A stretch of DNA of 64,000 nucleotides, from NCBI GenBank assembly GCA_045659245.1, contig JAZOWN010000037.1, positions 10,655 to 74,654 of the forward strand. The letters run 5' to 3'. Below are positions 30,230 through 39,760 of this stretch, one piece after another. The notes under the pieces were generated by a model. It ran no database searches. It saw only the letters and a list, made by a program, of their open reading frames with translations, and had not been told where the DNA came from. Origin of the DNA: Eubacteriales bacterium. GTDB taxonomy: Bacteria; Bacillota; Clostridia; Oscillospirales; CAG-272. The position numbers and the translations under genes are program-made. Each line of letters starts with the position of its first letter. The stretch's first letter is position 1.

Positions 30230-31342
30230 ATGATAATTGCACTTGAAGACGCAAAATATAAGTTGATAGGAATGAGAGCGGATATAGAAGACCTCGGCTC
30301 TGCTTTGCGCATAGATGAGCTTAAGGCTCTTGCAGAGGAGCTTGATGCACAGACGCTTGATCCCGATTTCTGGTCAAATCAGGAGAATTCATCAAAGATA
30401 CTTCAGAAGGTCAAGCAGACTAAGGACACCATTGAGTCCTACGAGGAGCTCAAGGGTCGTCTTGAGGACGCTATCACTCTTGCCGAGATGGCGATAGAGG
30501 AGAATGACGAGGCGTACGTCGAGGAGGTTCAGAGCGAGCTTGCTGAAATCTCTAAAACGGCAGAGAACAAAAGAATAGAAATACTCCTTTCGGGTGAGTA
30601 CGATAAGAATAATGCGATAGTTTCATTCCACCCCGGCGCGGGCGGAACAGAGGCTCAGGACTGGGCGCAGATGCTTTACCGCATGATAACCCGTTGGGCA
30701 GAGCGTCATAACTACAAGTACAAGCTTATAGACTGGCTTGACGGAGACGCGGCGGGAATAAAGAGCGCGACCATTATGGTTGAGGGACTCAACGCATACG
30801 GCTATCTTAAAGCAGAGAACGGCGTACACAGACTTGTCCGTGTATCTCCCTTTGATGCGGCAGGCCGCAGACAGACCTCGTTTGCATCTATCGAGGTCAT
30901 GCCCGAGTTTGATAACATTGACAAGGTCGAGATACGCGACGAGGATATAGAGGTTACTGCGCACCGTTCGAGTGGTGCGGGCGGTCAGCACATCAACAAG
31001 ACCGACTCTGCTATCCGTATCCTGCACAAGCCGACGGGTATCGTCGTAGGCTGTCAGACGGAGCGCTCGCAGCTTCAGAACAAGGAGACAGCGATGAAGA
31101 TGCTCAAGGCAAAGCTTATGGAAATAAAGCTTCGCGAAAGACTTGACACAATTGAGGATATTCAGGGCAACAAGACTAACATCGAGTGGGGCTCGCAGAT
31201 ATGCTCCTACGTGTTCATGCCTTACACATTGGCAAAGGACACGAGAACCGGACACGAGGACGGAAACATTTCCGCTGTCATGGACGGTGAGATAGACGAG
31301 TTTATCAATGCGTACCTTAAAATGAACGCGAAGGCGAACTAA
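30230..31342 (+). CDS. prfB: Peptide chain release factor 2
   Basis: SPF anticodon-mimic, GGQ and GAGGTEAQDW motifs; continuous ORF with no frameshift site. Confidence 0.96.
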   Translation: MIIALEDAKYKLIGMRADIEDLGSALRIDELKALAEELDAQTLDPDFWSNQENSSKILQKVKQTKDTIESYEELKGRLEDAITLAEMAIEENDEAYVEEVQSELAEISKTAENKRIEILLSGEYDKNNAIVSFHPGAGGTEAQDWAQMLYRMITRWAERHNYKYKLIDWLDGDAAGIKSATIMVEGLNAYGYLKAENGVHRLVRVSPFDAAGRRQTSFASIEVMPEFDNIDKVEIRDEDIEVTAHRSSGAGGQHINKTDSAIRILHKPTGIVVGCQTERSQLQNKETAMKMLKAKLMEIKLRERLDTIEDIQGNKTNIEWGSQICSYVFMPYTLAKDTRTGHEDGNISAVMDGEIDEFINAYLKMNAKAN

Positions 31343-31344
31343 CA

Positions 31345-31378
31345 AAAAGCTCGACTGCTATATGGCAGTCGAGCTTTT
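31345..31378 (+). terminator. prfB terminator
   Basis: AAAAGCTCGACTGC-TATATG-GCAGTCGAGCTTTT hairpin. Confidence 0.85.
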
Positions 31379-31546
31379 CTGTATCCTGAACTTCCCAAAA
31401 AGTGGCGGGATTCTAAAAAGGGGAACCAATGAGCAGAAAGCAAGAAATAAATATCGAAGCAATAGAAGATATAGATTCAATTGGCTACCGCAAAAATCAA
31501 GGAAAGTGCAAATTTAAAATTACAGTTAAAGGCTCTTGTAACAAAA

Positions 31547-31688
31547 AGCCTTCCCCAGCGGGGGAAGGTGGCATTGACGAGCCGCGTGCGAGTCAATGAC
31601 GGATGAGGTGTTAAAGAATGAATTGAATATACGACACCTCATCCGTCACTCGCAAAGCTCGTGACACCTTCCCCCACTGGGGAAGGCT
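31547..31688. repeat. 142-bp nested palindromic REP/MITE-like element
   Basis: 24-bp terminal inverted repeats (AGCCTTCCCCAGCGGGGGAAGGTG, 1 mismatch) and an inner 15-bp inverted repeat TGACGGATGAGGTGT/ACACCTCATCCGTCA. Confidence 0.8.
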
Positions 31689-31801
31689 CACGCTGACGGA
31701 GCGCTCTACATAGTCTATATTATCCTATGCCCGAAAATGAAATACCACCCGCATTTGTGGTGCATATCACATTTGCGGGTGGATTTTTAATATTAGTTTT
31801 A

Positions 31802-33010
31802 TTAGTATTTATCGCTCTCGTCTTCGGGGATTACTTCCTTAAATGCGGTTATCGCGCATTCTATCATGTCGTCGTCGGGCTCGAGAACGGTTATTCTCTG
31901 AAGCCACATTCCGGGCGCGGAAATAATTCTCGTAAAGAGATTATTGTGTCTGCCCGCGAGCTTTATGAGCTCGTAGCCGACGCCCATCGTAAGGGGAAGC
32001 AGGACGATCTTTATGAGAGTGCGGATAGCGGTGTGCGGTATTTCTCCGAAGATCGCTATGCACAAGGGGTCTATAAAGAACGAAATGATTATGCCCACAA
32101 GCAGCATGAGTATAAGGAATGACGTTCCGCATCTGGGATGGAAGCGGCGCTGCGCGCGAACGTTCTCGACTGTTAGCTCAAGCCCGTTTTCGTAGCAGAA
32201 AATAGTCTTATGCTCCGCGCCGTGATACATAAACGTGCGTCTTATATCCTTCATAAGGCGGACTGCAAGCATATATACGACGAGAACTATTATTCGGAGC
32301 ACTCCCTCGAATACCGACTTTACGAGCGAATGGAGAAGCTCGTTTTCGGGAGCAAGGAAGGGAAGCGGCTTTGAGAGCAGGTTGTAAAGGAACGTTGGCA
32401 GCATGATAAACAGCAGCACAGCAAGAGCTACTCCAAGCACGGTCGCTACAAGCATAACTCCCGTCATAAGCGCGGAGTCGGACTTTTCTTTCTTACCGCT
32501 CTTTTCTTTTGTCACTTCCGCTTCTTCCGCTTCTTCCGTTTCTTCTGTTTCTTCTGTTTCTTCTTCTATTTCTTCACTCACGTCGATCACGGTGGATTCA
32601 TCAAGAGGTGCATCGCATGCTTCGACGGTATCACTCTCAACAGTAGTCTTGGCAAGGTTTTCCTCTGCAAGCGGCTGTTCGTCTGATGTTGTCACAGTCT
32701 CCGCGTTCTTTTTTGACTTTTTGGGTTCTTCGTCCTCAAGACCCGCGATCTCCGCTGAGCGCATGAGCGACTTGTAGCCCATGGTCATTGAGTCGATAAA
32801 GTTAAAAATACCGCGTACAAACGGCATCTTAAATAGCTTTGCTCGCCTTGGAGCGCTCGTTTGCCATTTTTCGAGCACGAGCTTGCCCTCGGGATCTCTT
32901 ACCGCCATGGCGGTAACCTTTGGACCTCGCATCATTATTCCCTCAATAAGCGCCTGACCGCCTATTGAGGTCTTTTTATTACATGTATTATTACAGTTCT
33001 TTTTGTTCAA
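31802..33010 (-). CDS. DUF1385 (YqhQ-like) membrane protein with acidic low-complexity insert
   Basis: GGQALIEGIMM, YHGAEHK and HPRCGTSF motifs. Confidence 0.9.
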   Translation of the reverse strand: MNKKNCNNTCNKKTSIGGQALIEGIMMRGPKVTAMAVRDPEGKLVLEKWQTSAPRRAKLFKMPFVRGIFNFIDSMTMGYKSLMRSAEIAGLEDEEPKKSKKNAETVTTSDEQPLAEENLAKTTVESDTVEACDAPLDESTVIDVSEEIEEETEETEETEEAEEAEVTKEKSGKKEKSDSALMTGVMLVATVLGVALAVLLFIMLPTFLYNLLSKPLPFLAPENELLHSLVKSVFEGVLRIIVLVVYMLAVRLMKDIRRTFMYHGAEHKTIFCYENGLELTVENVRAQRRFHPRCGTSFLILMLLVGIIISFFIDPLCIAIFGEIPHTAIRTLIKIVLLPLTMGVGYELIKLAGRHNNLFTRIISAPGMWLQRITVLEPDDDMIECAITAFKEVIPEDESDKY

Positions 33011-33031
33011 GATAAACCTCCAAAGAAAACT

Positions 33032-34006
33032 TTACTTCCAAAGCTTTATTTTTCCGTTGTCGTCGTAATGCCAGAAATTGCCCTCGCCCGTGGGCTTGTC
33101 CTTGGAATAGAAAAGGCGCGTCGCCTCTGTCAGCGGAGTGTTCGACGAGTCAATGATCATGCTCGCAAACTGCTCCTGTGTGCCGTGATAATATACGGCT
33201 GACAAAGCGGTACAGCCGGCGAATGCGTTGTTCTCAACGGCCGATGTGCTTGAATGAATGATAAGATACGCCAAGGACGAGCAGTCCTCGAACGCATTTT
33301 CACTTATGAGAGTGAGAGAGGCGGGCAAAATTACGGAACTAAGAGACGAGCAGCCCTTGAAAGCATTAAAGGGAATATTGTCAAGCTCGTTGCCGAATTT
33401 TACCACAGCAAGACCGTTGCAGTTCTCAAACGCGCTCTCGCCGACAAGCGTTAGTGCTCCGTTTACCTCTATTTCAATGTCGGAGCAATCCTTGAATGCG
33501 TTGTTGCCGATAGCGCTTACGCTTTCGGGAAGAACTATTTTTCTCACCGTCTCCTTGTCGATGCTCGCAAAAGCACTATCACCGATGCCGACTACGGGAA
33601 TACCGTTGTTTGAGGACGGAACTACCATTGTTTCAAAGTATTGCTTACAGGTGGTGACGTATCCGTTTTCTATAACGTACACGGCATCTGCCCTCTCCCA
33701 GCTTGCGACCAGGGTCATGCCCCCGGTTACCTTGCGCGAAAAGTTCCAATTGCTTCCGTTATATTGCCACTCCTTGAATACGTATCCGTTTCGCGTTGGG
33801 GACTCGGGGCGGGTCGCATTTTCTCCCTCAAGCACTCTTTGTTCGGGAACGTCGCTTCCGTATGAGGAATTGAACGTGACCTTATAATATTTTGCTTCGG
33901 TCTCGGCTCCTTCGTCCGAGCCGTTGTCGCAGGAGCATATACTAAGAGCTATAAATAGACACAAAAGTGCCGCTAACACCGATCTTAAAACATTCTGTTT
34001 TTTCAT
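33032..34006 (-). CDS. Lipoprotein with InlB B-repeat and BspA-type leucine-rich repeats
   Basis: Signal peptide ending LSICSC; PTRNGYVFKEW B-repeat; repeated IgxxAFxxCxxL units. Confidence 0.85.
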   Translation of the reverse strand: MKKQNVLRSVLAALLCLFIALSICSCDNGSDEGAETEAKYYKVTFNSSYGSDVPEQRVLEGENATRPESPTRNGYVFKEWQYNGSNWNFSRKVTGGMTLVASWERADAVYVIENGYVTTCKQYFETMVVPSSNNGIPVVGIGDSAFASIDKETVRKIVLPESVSAIGNNAFKDCSDIEIEVNGALTLVGESAFENCNGLAVVKFGNELDNIPFNAFKGCSSLSSVILPASLTLISENAFEDCSSLAYLIIHSSTSAVENNAFAGCTALSAVYYHGTQEQFASMIIDSSNTPLTEATRLFYSKDKPTGEGNFWHYDDNGKIKLWK

Positions 34007-34139
34007 TTTTACCTCCGTACATAGAAGCTTACAACAATTATTATATATTTTTTGCGGGTATTTGTCAACAGTACGGAGGTATTTGTAACACGATTTATTA
34101 AATTATTTACTTAAAATTCATTTTAAGAGTCCGCGTGTA

Positions 34140-35918
34140 TTAAAATCCCTGCTTTTTACCGATAAGTCTCCATATAAGTCTGCGTAAAAGGTCAACGGGA
34201 AATACACAGAGGGATATTAAAAATACGCGCCCAAGCTCTACCACGGTAAGGGGAGACGTACGCAAGACGCTTCCGCCGAGATAGACAAAGGCGATCTGAA
34301 CGGCGAGAATAAGTATCATGATCGCGATAAAGGCGGGATTTTTTGAAATTCCCGAAAGCATTTTAAGCCTGTCACAGCGGCAGTTAAAGCAATTGAATAC
34401 GGAGGTAAATATAAACAACGCAAAAAATGCAGTGAGGAGTATAAGCTTGTCGCTTGAATACCTGAAAAGGAGGCAGACGTCGGGAGAGGTCAAAAAGAAA
34501 ATGCAAAGCGCAACGGTAAAGCCTCCGAGCACCAATATCTGATTTATCATGTAGCCGTTTAAAATAGGCTCGTCGCGGCGCTTTGGCTTCTCTTTCATGC
34601 AAAGCACAGATGCCGCCTCTCCTGCAAACGCAAGTCCGCCGAGCGTATCCATAATTATGTTTATCCAAAGCATCTGGACGACGGTGACGGGCGCTTCTAT
34701 ACCTATGAACGGCCCTATCATGGAAACGCCGACGGCGCAAAAATTCATGGTCAGCTGAAGCGTTATAAATTTTCTTATGCTCTTGAAAATATTTCTGCCG
34801 TAGAGTACAGCCTTTACTATTGAGGCAAGGTCGTTGTCGAGTATTATGATATCTCCCGCGTCGCGAGCCACGTCATTTCCGCTGCCCATGGAAAATCCGA
34901 TATCCGCCGCTTTCAGGGCGGGCGCGTCGTTTATTCCGTCGCCCGTCATTCCGACGACAAGATCAAGGGATTGCGCTATGCGGACAAGTCGGCTTTTGTC
35001 TGTCGGCAGGGCGCGTGCTATCACGGCAAGTCGGGGCAGAGCCTTCGCGATCTCTGCGTCACTCATGCGTGTAAGATCAATGCCTTCAAGCACGAGCGTT
35101 CTTTCTCCGTGTATTATTCCCGACTTTCGGGCGATAGCCGAAGCGGTTTCCTTTCCGTCACCCGTTATCATAACAACTCCGATGCCCGCGGTGTGAAGCT
35201 CCGACACGGAGCGGCGCGCTTGCGGACGTAAGGGATCGGCAAGAGATACGGCGCAAACGAGCGTGAGTGGGCACATTCCCCTCGCTGTCGGCATTGCGTC
35301 GGCTCTGGCGATCAACAGCACGCGCTTGCCGTCAGCGCCGAGAGCCGCAAGCTTTTCTTCGAAACGTCTGCGATATGGGGAAAAATCAGAGATAGTGCCG
35401 TCGGGGAGTATGCAGCCTGCGACGTGCGGCAAAAGACGCTCTGGGGCACCCTTTACCAGCACGTAGCGCTCCGCGCGCCCTCGTACCTCTGCCGCCGACA
35501 TTTTTATGTTGCTGTCAAAGGGTAGCTTCGCGCAAACGGTAAGCCTTTCAGCTTCGCGCATGGAAAGCACCGAGGAAAGAAGCGCTCTGTCGGTGGCGTT
35601 GCCGCCGACTACCTGCGAGCGCGTCGCCTCTGACATGGTGTTATAGCGGCAGGAGCTTTCGTAAAGAGCGCCGAGCGTCGGTGAGCGCGAAAAGAGCGCG
35701 GCGGGAGAGATTACCGAGGTGGCATCGGGCATTACTATGCAGTCAAGGCGCATTTTTCCCTCTGTAAGGGTTCCCGTTTTGTCCGTAAAGAGAAGGTTCA
35801 TGCTGCCTGCGGCTTCGATGCCCACGGGCTTGCGGACGAGCACGTTGTCGCGCACCATTCGCTTGATATTTGACGATAAGACCACCGCGATCATCATTGG
35901 TAGCCCCTCGGGAGCGAT
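34140..35918 (-). pseudogene. 3' half of a P-type (Ca2+-transporting, type II) ATPase interrupted by the prophage
   Basis: Reads (IA)PEGLP-MMIAVV...DKTGTLT, KGAPE, MITGD, TGDGIND and QMLWINIIMD; lacks the N-terminal A-domain and TM1-3; upstream in-frame codons are TAA TAG at the integrase end. Confidence 0.9.
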
Positions 35919-35950
35919 CTATTATAACTGATTAAGCGATGCTATTAAGT
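35905..35950. other. Prophage attachment junction (att)
   Basis: ATPase homology breaks immediately upstream of the PEGL codons and abuts the integrase stop; exact crossover is unknown. Confidence 0.7.
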
Positions 35951-37301
35951 CACCTGTCTCGGTGACTACTACTTTCTTAATGACTCGTGACCAAAATGCT
36001 TTTTTAGCTTCGGCATCAAGCGTTATATACGTTTCACGAAATCCCTTGAGGAAGCTTGTATCTATTGGCTTTTGTTCTTCTACTCTTTCGTCGAGCTCTG
36101 CTTCTTTAAGAAGCGAAGAGAGGGCCGTATAGTCTCTCTCGTACATCTCGCGAGTGAGCAGATCGTTTAAGTATAGATCCTTAAGCTTCTCTATTTTTGC
36201 AATGATTTTCGGCACGTCGATGCTTTTTTTAATACCGCGCTTTTGTTTGGACTTTAACGAGATATTATATTCCTCAACGATAGTCTTTAAATTCTCACAG
36301 ATCCATTCCTCTAAAGTATCCTGATTTATTTGCCTTGACATATCGCACGTTCTCATTGTGTGTGCCGGACAGCGGTAATATATGTATGTATGTTTTTCAC
36401 CGTTTGGTTTGGAATTAGTGCAAGCATACGTTGTCATTCTTCTTCCGCAGCACCCACAGAAAACTAAGCCTGTGAAAAGATATACTCTGTCTGATCGAGT
36501 CCCATCATATCGAGCGGACCGAACGTCGATTATCTGGTTTGCGAGGTCAAACACATTTTTGTCTATAATTTTCGGGCACCAATCCTTAATACCGTAAGCT
36601 TCTCCAATATACCACGTGTTTGAAAGCATACGCTTCATGGACTTAACGTCTATATTTCGTTTATGCTTTTCAAGGATATACCGGGACGTAGCTTTCATAG
36701 ATCTACAATCTATATACTTATCAAACATGCTCCGAACTATCTCTGCATCAGACTCGTTTATTACCACGCGCTTGTTTTCGATTCTGTAACCCAACGTAGT
36801 GCTGCCGGAAATAACTCGCCCTTCTTTGACCATGTTCTGAAATACAAATTTAATTCTCTCCGAGGTTCGGTCGGATTCGTCCTGGGCGATTGCCAGCTTG
36901 ATGTTAAGGGCAAGCCTGCCGTTCGCTGTCGTTGTATCGTAATCCTCCTCGGTGGCTATCCACTGTACTCTGTATTTGTCAAGGATAGCTTGTACCTCAT
37001 AGTAATCAGCAATGTTTCTGAACCATCTATCGAGCTTGATAAACAGCACCACGTCTATTTTCTTTGCTTTTACGTCCTCAAGCATTCTCATGAATGCCGC
37101 TCGGCGGGTATAGCGCTTACGCGCGGAGATACCCTCGTCAACGTATATATCTACTATGCTTAAGCCGTTCTCAGTGGCGTACTGTATTAGCCGCTCCTTT
37201 TGCGCGTCCAAAGAAACGCCGTGCATGGCTTGTTCCTCGGTAGATACGCGGGCGTACAGCGCGGCCCGTTTTATACCGTTATCAATTCGTTTGGTTTGCA
37301 T
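35922..37301 (-). CDS. Large serine recombinase (integrase)
   Basis: YARVSTEEQ, DEGISA, KLDRWFR, ESDRTSERI motifs and a zinc ribbon (CGCCG...YYRC). Confidence 0.95.
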   Translation of the reverse strand: MQTKRIDNGIKRAALYARVSTEEQAMHGVSLDAQKERLIQYATENGLSIVDIYVDEGISARKRYTRRAAFMRMLEDVKAKKIDVVLFIKLDRWFRNIADYYEVQAILDKYRVQWIATEEDYDTTTANGRLALNIKLAIAQDESDRTSERIKFVFQNMVKEGRVISGSTTLGYRIENKRVVINESDAEIVRSMFDKYIDCRSMKATSRYILEKHKRNIDVKSMKRMLSNTWYIGEAYGIKDWCPKIIDKNVFDLANQIIDVRSARYDGTRSDRVYLFTGLVFCGCCGRRMTTYACTNSKPNGEKHTYIYYRCPAHTMRTCDMSRQINQDTLEEWICENLKTIVEEYNISLKSKQKRGIKKSIDVPKIIAKIEKLKDLYLNDLLTREMYERDYTALSSLLKEAELDERVEEQKPIDTSFLKGFRETYITLDAEAKKAFWSRVIKKVVVTETGDLIASLNQL

Positions 37302-38815
37302 TTATCCTCCGTAACGTTTGTCTGCCCGAGCAAGTGGGTGCTTACTCGGAGTTGCTCCGTGTCTTTAAATTCATACTCATCAGAAGATGTGTCTAATTTG
37401 CTATCTTCAAAAAGCTGTTTTGTTTCAGGATATTTAATATGTATATAATTAAGCTTATACTCTAATACACTTTTTTGTTCGTGTATTTGATTTGTTTCTC
37501 TACGTAGCTCGTCTATTCTGCGGGCTTCTTTTATGGCGGGTCTTGCCTTTTTTCGTAAGTACTTAGATGCTTGTACATAATAAAGCGTTTTTAAGTCGGA
37601 CACTGTTCCGGCAAGATATGGATACGCGGCGCACTTTTCTTCTATCATTTTTTCTACATAGGTGTTTAGATTGTCTAAAGATTGCTGGTGGGCTTTTTCT
37701 TTGGCACAAATCTTGCTTAGTGAGTCCTTTTCATTTTCAATTCTTTTATCTAACTCTACTTTGTCCCGGTAAAGTTCAGAAAGTCTTTCAACGGTGTCTT
37801 TAGTATAGCTATTGCATTCTGCTTCATTGAACTGTAGTAATCCTAACGAATAGGCGAGAAACAGAATATGCTTACAAGGTAATTTATCCGGACCTTTTTG
37901 AAATATGAAATCTTCACAGCTACAGTGTGTAAGCGATGTATTCTCATATTTTTTTGCTCCTGAATATATATCTGCTGAAAACCGGAGATTGCTTATTAAT
38001 AGTTTTGATTCAAAAGCATAGTTGAGACGGTTTGATGTTATGCTGTCAAAAAATTTGTTGATTTTATATTCATTGCGGAATGTCTGACGGATTGCGCGAG
38101 ACATTCTGCTTGAATTTTTGTGAAACAATATAAGCTGAGAAAGATGTGTTTGGCCGTCTGCAATTCGTTGGTTGAGTGCTGATAATTCATCGCTACGCTC
38201 TTTGATCACTTCTGTAAAGGTTCTGTTTTTTTTATGAAAATGGGGATCATCAAACGCGGGGAGTTCATTCGCTAACTCCGGATGCTTGATAACGCAAAAC
38301 TCTAATGCTTTTTGATATTCTGCGACTGATGACTTTGATTTGTTTAAATCAAATTTAAGTTGATTGATTTTTGAGTCGTATTCGTCGCGTACATACTCTT
38401 TTGACGTAATAGGAGGTCTTTCTCTTAGCTTTTTGCGGAGTTCTTCGTTTTCTGCTTGTAAATTATCTATCTCGCACATTAGCTTTCTTTCTTCTTCGTG
38501 ACTCTTAGAAAGCTTATTTTGCAAATCTTTTATCTGTTCAAGTAAATATTTCTTTCTCATATATGGATTATAGCTGTCCTTTATCTGAATTATAGTAACA
38601 ATGATTTCCCAAATGGCAAGTGGGAATAGCAACCAAAGAACGGTAATAGTCGCAGATGCGATTCCGATTGTAATAGTTATTGCAACCAAGATACCGCACA
38701 CAATATGATTTGTCACAAATTCATGTTCTCTACGGAAATCAGAAAATAAAAATATAGAAAAGAAAATGGCAAATGCAAAGCAAGCAAGGATAAAAGCAAA
38801 TCCAACTATAATCAT
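37271..38815 (-). CDS. Membrane-anchored coiled-coil protein with SWIM-type zinc finger
   Basis: Three N-terminal hydrophobic segments; CSCEDF...PCKH motif; AT-rich; lies between repressor and integrase. Confidence 0.7.
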   Translation of the reverse strand: MIIVGFAFILACFAFAIFFSIFLFSDFRREHEFVTNHIVCGILVAITITIGIASATITVLWLLFPLAIWEIIVTIIQIKDSYNPYMRKKYLLEQIKDLQNKLSKSHEEERKLMCEIDNLQAENEELRKKLRERPPITSKEYVRDEYDSKINQLKFDLNKSKSSVAEYQKALEFCVIKHPELANELPAFDDPHFHKKNRTFTEVIKERSDELSALNQRIADGQTHLSQLILFHKNSSRMSRAIRQTFRNEYKINKFFDSITSNRLNYAFESKLLISNLRFSADIYSGAKKYENTSLTHCSCEDFIFQKGPDKLPCKHILFLAYSLGLLQFNEAECNSYTKDTVERLSELYRDKVELDKRIENEKDSLSKICAKEKAHQQSLDNLNTYVEKMIEEKCAAYPYLAGTVSDLKTLYYVQASKYLRKKARPAIKEARRIDELRRETNQIHEQKSVLEYKLNYIHIKYPETKQLFEDSKLDTSSDEYEFKDTEQLRVSTHLLGQTNVTEDKCKPNELITV

Positions 38816-38898
38816 AAGAAAAAGCCTTTATTTAAATAATCGATTTTATATAAAACGCAGAGGATTTTTAGTTTATTTGTAGTTATATGAATAAAAAT

Positions 38899-39372
38899 TT
38901 ACATAAGATCTTCGTCGGTTTCGGGGGCATTCTGTATCTTTGCAAACGCCTCTTTATCCATCTTTATATACGCATCACGCGTTTTGTTGTTGGAATGAGC
39001 TGCGGTATACAAATATACTTGTCCGTCTTCTTCTACTCCGAGAAGATGACATACGGCAGGTTGAAATTCAGGGTGGGAACGGTATGCATCAATAACAGAT
39101 AGCTCATGCTCCGTAAGTTTTGGAGCGTTGACGGTATTATTTTCATTTACTGTTATTCCAAAAAAATATCCTATTGGAACATTACAAGCAGAGGCAATTT
39201 TTATTAATGTGGATACTTTTACCTGTGTTGGCTTACCGGTGCGAAAATCAAAGCCTTTTTCTATGTTATCAATCGTAGTATGGCTAACATCGCATTTAAT
39301 TGCAAATTCTCTCAAAGACAGATTTGCCCTCAATTGTTTAACTTTTAAACCAATATACTCTTCTAAATTCAT
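38899..39372 (-). CDS. CI-like phage repressor (XRE HTH)
   Basis: LSLREFAIKCDVSHTTIDNIEKG HTH; divergent from cro. Confidence 0.85.
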   Translation of the reverse strand: MNLEEYIGLKVKQLRANLSLREFAIKCDVSHTTIDNIEKGFDFRTGKPTQVKVSTLIKIASACNVPIGYFFGITVNENNTVNAPKLTEHELSVIDAYRSHPEFQPAVCHLLGVEEDGQVYLYTAAHSNNKTRDAYIKMDKEAFAKIQNAPETDEDLM

Positions 39373-39404
39373 AAACTTCTCCAAATGTAGTGTTGACTAA
39401 ACAT

Positions 39405-39433
39405 ATTGTATCATATAAACAACTAACAGTCAA
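39405..39433 (-). promoter_or_regulatory. Leftward sigma-A promoter for the repressor
   Basis: TTGACT-17 nt-TACAAT with extended TG on the minus strand. Confidence 0.7.
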
Positions 39434-39465
39434 GAATTTTGTTAAAATTCACGTGTTGTTTATGC

Positions 39466-39494
39466 TTGACAGGCTCAATGCGATGTGATATAAT
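39466..39494 (+). promoter_or_regulatory. Rightward sigma-A promoter for cro and the early operon
   Basis: Perfect TTGACA-17 nt-TATAAT with extended TG. Confidence 0.85.
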
Positions 39495-39528
39495 TTAGTA
39501 AACCAAAAACAACGAAGGAGGATAGGTG

Positions 39529-39729
39529 ATGAAAAACTGTATTAAAATTCTTAGAGCTGAGAGAAGTCTGACGCAGGAGGAATTAGCCAAAAAGGCTGGA
39601 ATTTCTCGTCCAACTCTTGCTATGATAGAAAATGAGAGAGCTGAACCGGACGGAAAAACAATAGCATCTTTGGTTAAAGCGTTAAATGTCCCTGCAACGC
39701 AAATTTTTTTTGATTTAGATGTAGTTTAA
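39529..39729 (+). CDS. Cro-like XRE HTH protein
   Basis: LTQEELAKKAGISRPTLAMIEN; AAGGAGG RBS. Confidence 0.88.
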   Translation: MKNCIKILRAERSLTQEELAKKAGISRPTLAMIENERAEPDGKTIASLVKALNVPATQIFFDLDVV

Positions 39730-39760
39730 AAACAACAAAGAAAGAGAGGAAAAAAGAAAA

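Noticed and set aside
32515-32570. 9-bp tandem repeats (TTCTTCYGY)
   Set aside because: They encode the acidic EET/EEA linker within the DUF1385 protein.
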